Of a stretch of DNA of 64,000 nucleotides, positions 59,332-64,000 are shown one piece after another. This DNA comes from Weeksellaceae bacterium. GTDB lineage: Bacteria; Bacteroidota; Bacteroidia; Flavobacteriales; Weeksellaceae. Positions within the stretch are counted from its first letter, which is position 1. Each line of letters begins with the position of its first letter. Under the pieces are notes generated by a model, which worked only from the letters and a program-made list of their open reading frames with translations, was not told where the DNA came from and did not search any database. The stretch lies in the NCBI GenBank assembly GCA_041677705.1, contig JBAYPM010000005.1, forward strand, positions 23,102 through 87,101, given 5' to 3'. The translations under genes were made by a program, and so were the position numbers.

Positions 59332-61395
59332 ATGAAAAAACTCATACCTTTAGTTACTGTTCTCCTGTTCTCAACGCTTGCGGCACAACTGCCCGGAGGC
59401 GTAACCGGTGAGGATTTATGGTATAAAACCGATGCATCCGCCGTATCTGGAAACCAATACCAGGATTACGGTCCGAATGCGTACTCCATTGCCGGGAACG
59501 GGACAATACAGGCCGGATTGTTCAATTTCAACCACAGCCTGAATTTTGGCGGAGGCTATCTGAGATTTCCTTATTCGGTGGAAGATATGAAAGTGGCAAC
59601 GATTTTCATGGTTTACACCTATCCTGCCGAAGCAAATTTGTCGCTGATTCATTCGGAATGGACTTCAGGCGGTTATGACGGCAACGGAACCAATGAAAAA
59701 CGATTTTCCTATACCACCCAAAAACTGGAAAAGGAGGAATTCACATTGTCCTATCCCGAAGATGCCAATGAATCCGTTCAGAATGCACTGATCAACACCT
59801 TAAACTGGTTTGATTTCAATTCAAACTACATCAACAATGCGATGGGTACAGGTGGAGAAAGCACTGTCTTTATTGGTAAATCTAACCCCGGAGCCGCCGG
59901 TTTTTCGGGTTCAATTCCCGAATTTCTTATTTACAGAAAAGCACTGAGCAAAGAAGAACGGCAGCGAATAGAAAGTTATCTCGCCATTAAATACGGCATC
60001 ACACTGACCAAAGAAGTTGGGTATTACAACTCAAACTATGATGAAATATGGAAGGCTGACAACAATATTGTATTTGGGAACCGGATTTTTGCAATCAGCA
60101 GAGATGATGTTTCCGGACTTTACCAGAAACAAAGCAAGAGCAGCCATACCGAAAACGACGAACTTATTTTGAACGCGGGAGAACTGGAAGAAACCAATGA
60201 AGAAAATATTTCTGCGTTTGACAATGACCATTACATTTTCATTGGTGACAATGACGGTGATGACGATCCTGAGGATGTCGGAGACTGGGAGCTGCACCCA
60301 TTGGATCGTGTATGGCTGGTACACCCCTATGGAGAGACAGCTGATACCATCACCACCGGACTCCGGTACAACGCAGCCCACCTGTTTGACAGGATTCATC
60401 AGGACTATGACCAGACAGACTGGGACGATATAAGTATTTGGCTGTTAATCAATCGGGATGCGGACGAACAACAGGAAGGAAATTTTGATTTCAATCAGGT
60501 GGAAGCTTATAAATATCATGCGGTTGAAGGAGACCATATTGTTTATTACAATCAGAAATGGGATGAAGACAACAGCGGATTCGATCAGTTTACATTTGCC
60601 ATAGCGCCCAAACTGATAGTGAATGTGCATCTCCATGAAATGGAATGCGAAGACGAGGAAGGAGATATAGATGTAAACATAAAATTCGGAGAACCGGATT
60701 TTGATGTAGAAATTTTTGACGAGAATGACCTTCCGGTCGATTCACAAACCGACTGGCCTACCCGCACTGTTCCATTCACCAGCCTGCCCAACGGCTGGTA
60801 CACCGCAAAAGTGACGGATTCAACCAATGTCATCAGAATCGTTGAATTTGAGGTGTCTCCTACTGCCGGCATGTACGTCGGTCTCGAAGATGAATATGTC
60901 TTAAATCCGGATGTGACAATCGATGCTTCTGAACATGTAACCGCCCAAAACATCACCTACGAATGGTTCAGAGAAGATATATTCTTCTCTTCCGGTGCTG
61001 TTCTGAACACCGATAAACCCGGACATTACAAAGTTGTGCTGACCAATCCGATGGGTTGTACGGCAGAAGCAGAAACCGATGTCGTGATTTCAGAAGGGAT
61101 GATTGAAAAAGAATCGCAAAAAGAACTGCCGACAGGCGATTTTGCCACAGCCGATATTCGTATCTACCCCAACCCTACCCGTGCCAATCAGGAATTTACG
61201 GTTGAGATGAATCTGATTGAAAAACAGAATGTGCAAATTCAGATTTACGATATGTCGGGCAGACTGATCCATAATGAAGACTTAAAGGAAATCTCAGATT
61301 ACAAATGGAATCACAGGATTTTCCAATCCGGTTCATATCTGATATCGGTAACAGCCAAAGACAGGAAATACAGCAAAAAAATAATTATCCAATAA
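59332..61395 (+). CDS. T9SS cargo with LamG-like/DUF8202-like and Ig/PKD-like domains
   Basis: IPEFLIY..ALS..ERQRIESYLAIKYGITL; CTD IYPNPT...GSYLI...KKIIIQ. Confidence 0.8.
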   Translation: MKKLIPLVTVLLFSTLAAQLPGGVTGEDLWYKTDASAVSGNQYQDYGPNAYSIAGNGTIQAGLFNFNHSLNFGGGYLRFPYSVEDMKVATIFMVYTYPAEANLSLIHSEWTSGGYDGNGTNEKRFSYTTQKLEKEEFTLSYPEDANESVQNALINTLNWFDFNSNYINNAMGTGGESTVFIGKSNPGAAGFSGSIPEFLIYRKALSKEERQRIESYLAIKYGITLTKEVGYYNSNYDEIWKADNNIVFGNRIFAISRDDVSGLYQKQSKSSHTENDELILNAGELEETNEENISAFDNDHYIFIGDNDGDDDPEDVGDWELHPLDRVWLVHPYGETADTITTGLRYNAAHLFDRIHQDYDQTDWDDISIWLLINRDADEQQEGNFDFNQVEAYKYHAVEGDHIVYYNQKWDEDNSGFDQFTFAIAPKLIVNVHLHEMECEDEEGDIDVNIKFGEPDFDVEIFDENDLPVDSQTDWPTRTVPFTSLPNGWYTAKVTDSTNVIRIVEFEVSPTAGMYVGLEDEYVLNPDVTIDASEHVTAQNITYEWFREDIFFSSGAVLNTDKPGHYKVVLTNPMGCTAEAETDVVISEGMIEKESQKELPTGDFATADIRIYPNPTRANQEFTVEMNLIEKQNVQIQIYDMSGRLIHNEDLKEISDYKWNHRIFQSGSYLISVTAKDRKYSKKIIIQ

Positions 61396-61410
61396 CCCAA
61401 AGCCATCATC

Positions 61411-64000
61411 ATGAAAAAACAATCTCTGTTAAACCCTGTAAAAAAGCAAAAAAGAGCGGTGGCACTTTTGGGACTTGCGGCTGTCCTTTTCGCTTATTCG
61501 TGTTACAATGAGAACCGCAAAAACGGTGAAAACACAATGCTGACCCAGTTGTTTGACGAGGCTCAATACCTGCCTGAAAAAGACAACCTCAATATCCGGA
61601 GCCGTTTGAACAAAGAACCGGCACCGCCATTTGAAAACAGGGAAGATATCCCTGAATCATCCCCGGTTTTCAAAACCGAAATCCCAGCCGAAAAACAATT
61701 TTCACTGCCCGAAGTTTCCATTCAGACCGGTCAGCAGACTATTTCTGCACCATCCGATGGGTCAAAAGAACCGGATCCCGGTTTTTCTGAAAACCCGCAG
61801 GGCATCATCGGCAAAAGTGAGGAATTCCCGATAGACGACCCGCAGGACAATACTTTTCCGGTGGTTTTAAACGAACTGCCCGGTGCGGGTCAGGGGGTTT
61901 ACCTGACTTATGAACTCATCGGATTGGAAGACGCTGCCGGTGCCGCCGTATCCATCAATGACCATTTTTCCCGTGGCGGCTATCTGGTAAAAAAATCAAA
62001 AGGCAGGATTACCCACAGAGAAAGAATCAATCCAGAGGAACTCAACAAAGGCGTTAACTACATCCGGTTCTCCACACTGCCGTCAGCCGCTTATGCCTAT
62101 ATCGTAAAAAATGTACGGCTTGAAATCTCGGACTCAATGCAGCAGACCGAAGCAATAACGCTGAACCGGACACAATTGAAATCATACGGCGGCAGCGTAT
62201 ATGTTTCCGGATTTGCCGACAAATCCCTTCAAAGCATAACGATTAACAGAAAAGAAACCGGGCTGAGAGACGGCGTATTTGAAGCGGTTGTGGAAAATGC
62301 AGAAACAGAAATTGTGATAAGCGCAGCAGGTCAGGATTACCATTTTCCGGTATCTGAAGAAACAGAAGAAGAACCCGACAAAATCACCCTGCCTGAAACC
62401 CAAAATGAAACCGTTTCGGCCTATTTTACAGCCTCGTCAGAAAACACAATTTCCGACTTCGGTGCCACCCTGAACGTCCCGGCGGCAAGCATGGAAAAAG
62501 ACCGGACATTTTATCTTTCCGCATTGCGGTTTCAGGATGTATCCGCACTGTCCCCCGAAATGGTCAATGTGACAGCGGGACATTCCGGATTCAGACTGCT
62601 GCCCCACGGAGAACATTTTGTCAGCAGCCCGGCGACATTGGAAATTCCGTATGATGAAACCATGATTCCGGCAGGCTACAGACCGCAGGACATCAAAACC
62701 TTTTATTTTGATAACCGGCAGAGAAAATGGATTGCACTGGAACGGGATACAGTGCTGTTGGATAAAAAAGTCATTGTCTCAAAGACTACCCATTTCACCG
62801 ACTTTGTCAACGGCATCATCAAAGTGCCGGAATCTCCCGAGACGGGCAACTTTACGCCGACCAGCATCAAAGACATCAAAGCCGCCGACCCTGCGGCAGG
62901 AATAGTGAGCATCGCTCCGCCCACACCCAACAACATGGGAACCGCCACAACCGGCTTCCCGATAAAGCTTCCGGCAGGCCGTGCAGGAATGCAGCCCTCA
63001 CTCTCGGTCAACTACAACTCAGAGGGCGGAAACGGCTGGATGGGCATCGGCTGGGACTTGTCCCTGCCCTCCGTGAGCATTGACACACGATGGGGCGCAC
63101 CGAGGTATGATACCGCCAAAGAAACCGAAATATACTCACTGGCCGGTTCCATGCTGACCCTGAGTACGGATGGTGGATACACCAATCCGCATCGTACTGA
63201 AAACATTTCAAGGACTTCCGAAAGGCAATTTTATCCCCGGATTGAGGGCAGTTATGCCAAAATCATCCGACACGGCAGTAATCCGACCAATTACTGGTGG
63301 GAAGTAACCGACAAAATGGGCAACAAAAGTTTTTACGGCGGATATACCGGATCGGGAGTTGTGAGCAATGCAGTTATCAAAACATCCGATGGCAATATCG
63401 CACACTGGGCGCTTTACCGCACCGAGGACACCAACGGAAACTATGTGCAATATTCGTATGCGCAGGGAACCGGGACGGCCGGATACGAGTTTTACCCCAA
63501 AGAGATTAGCTATACCCGGCATACAGACCAGCAGACACCGCAATACTATAAAGTAACATTCATACTGGATTCCGCTATTGGGACTCCGTCGTCAAGAACC
63601 GATATACAGACCAATGCCCGATTGGGATTGGTACAGTCCACCTCCAAACTGCTCAATGAAATTAAAATTGAATTAACAGACGGCCTGAATCCCGAAAAAA
63701 TCCGTTCCTATAAATTCGATTATGATGACAAAGCATTTTCCAAAAAACAGCTGATCAAAATATCGGAATTCGATGCCAATGACGACCTGTTTTATTCCAA
63801 CACAATGGATTACTACGAAGAAGTGACCGACGGAAACTTTATGGACACAGAACCGAAAACAGATTGGAACGGTGTAAATGACGGCATAAACGGAAACCCA
63901 AAACTCCCATCTGTTGGAGAGAAGTTTGTATGGAAAGGGAGCCTATTGGGATTTAACAGAGGAAATGGTTTTACAGGAGGTCTGTCAGCCGGAGTCGGTT
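61411..64000 (+). CDS. Large lipoprotein-type ZU5 + SpvB/TcaC-N (Rhs/Tc-B-like) protein, 3'-truncated by window edge
   Basis: Read by hand, no stop to the window end (absent from ORF track); lipobox LFAYSC; LLPHG..F and TTHFT; SpvB motif IKLPAGRAGMQPSLSVNYNSEGGNGWMGIGWDLSLPSVS. Confidence 0.85.
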   Translation, partial: MKKQSLLNPVKKQKRAVALLGLAAVLFAYSCYNENRKNGENTMLTQLFDEAQYLPEKDNLNIRSRLNKEPAPPFENREDIPESSPVFKTEIPAEKQFSLPEVSIQTGQQTISAPSDGSKEPDPGFSENPQGIIGKSEEFPIDDPQDNTFPVVLNELPGAGQGVYLTYELIGLEDAAGAAVSINDHFSRGGYLVKKSKGRITHRERINPEELNKGVNYIRFSTLPSAAYAYIVKNVRLEISDSMQQTEAITLNRTQLKSYGGSVYVSGFADKSLQSITINRKETGLRDGVFEAVVENAETEIVISAAGQDYHFPVSEETEEEPDKITLPETQNETVSAYFTASSENTISDFGATLNVPAASMEKDRTFYLSALRFQDVSALSPEMVNVTAGHSGFRLLPHGEHFVSSPATLEIPYDETMIPAGYRPQDIKTFYFDNRQRKWIALERDTVLLDKKVIVSKTTHFTDFVNGIIKVPESPETGNFTPTSIKDIKAADPAAGIVSIAPPTPNNMGTATTGFPIKLPAGRAGMQPSLSVNYNSEGGNGWMGIGWDLSLPSVSIDTRWGAPRYDTAKETEIYSLAGSMLTLSTDGGYTNPHRTENISRTSERQFYPRIEGSYAKIIRHGSNPTNYWWEVTDKMGNKSFYGGYTGSGVVSNAVIKTSDGNIAHWALYRTEDTNGNYVQYSYAQGTGTAGYEFYPKEISYTRHTDQQTPQYYKVTFILDSAIGTPSSRTDIQTNARLGLVQSTSKLLNEIKIELTDGLNPEKIRSYKFDYDDKAFSKKQLIKISEFDANDDLFYSNTMDYYEEVTDGNFMDTEPKTDWNGVNDGINGNPKLPSVGEKFVWKGSLLGFNRGNGFTGGLSAGVG

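Noticed and set aside
34-63556. Numerous short antisense or alternative-frame ORFs in the track (e.g. 4091..4651, 8077..8631, 19822..20364, 23427..23969)
   Set aside because: They lie within well-supported genes on another frame or strand and show no recognisable motifs
27130-64000. Search for an att direct repeat of the tRNA-Glu 3' end and for an integrase or transposase
   Set aside because: None found by eye, so the island's right boundary cannot be assigned

Overview
Bacteroidota chromosome segment; gene content, T9SS C-terminal domains and TAnnTTTG promoters point to Flavobacteriales, possibly Weeksellaceae. 1-27.1 kb is mostly housekeeping: tandem DUF3857/transglutaminase paralogs, an amgK-rapZ(C)-murU peptidoglycan-recycling operon interrupted by a four-helix-bundle gene inside a 22-bp inverted repeat, pepO, nth, fabH, an ECF sigma, ldcA, upp, a TPP riboswitch with a TonB receptor, a T9SS endonuclease I, rpsT and tRNA-Glu. 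A visibly AT-rich accessory region starts right after the tRNA. It holds (i) a co-oriented defence-like array (PIN-coiled-coil-TM protein; SIR2-HerA-KTSC-PD-(D/E)XK operon; TerB-like/BRCT; DUF6150-like; two HEPN-like genes) with TAAC...GTTA attC-like spacers; (ii) a duplicated unit of an XRE regulator divergent from a ~150-nt structured, pseudoknot-like non-coding element; (iii) a SusC/SusD/S9-peptidase operon converging on a TPR-AraC / MauE-DoxX / 4-Cys secreted-peptide operon; (iv) a holin-like/DUF5675 cassette; and (v) a T9SS operon ending in a lipoprotein-type ZU5-SpvB (Rhs-like) protein that runs off the window. No integrase, transposase or CRISPR array was seen. All family assignments come from motif recognition by eye, not database searches.
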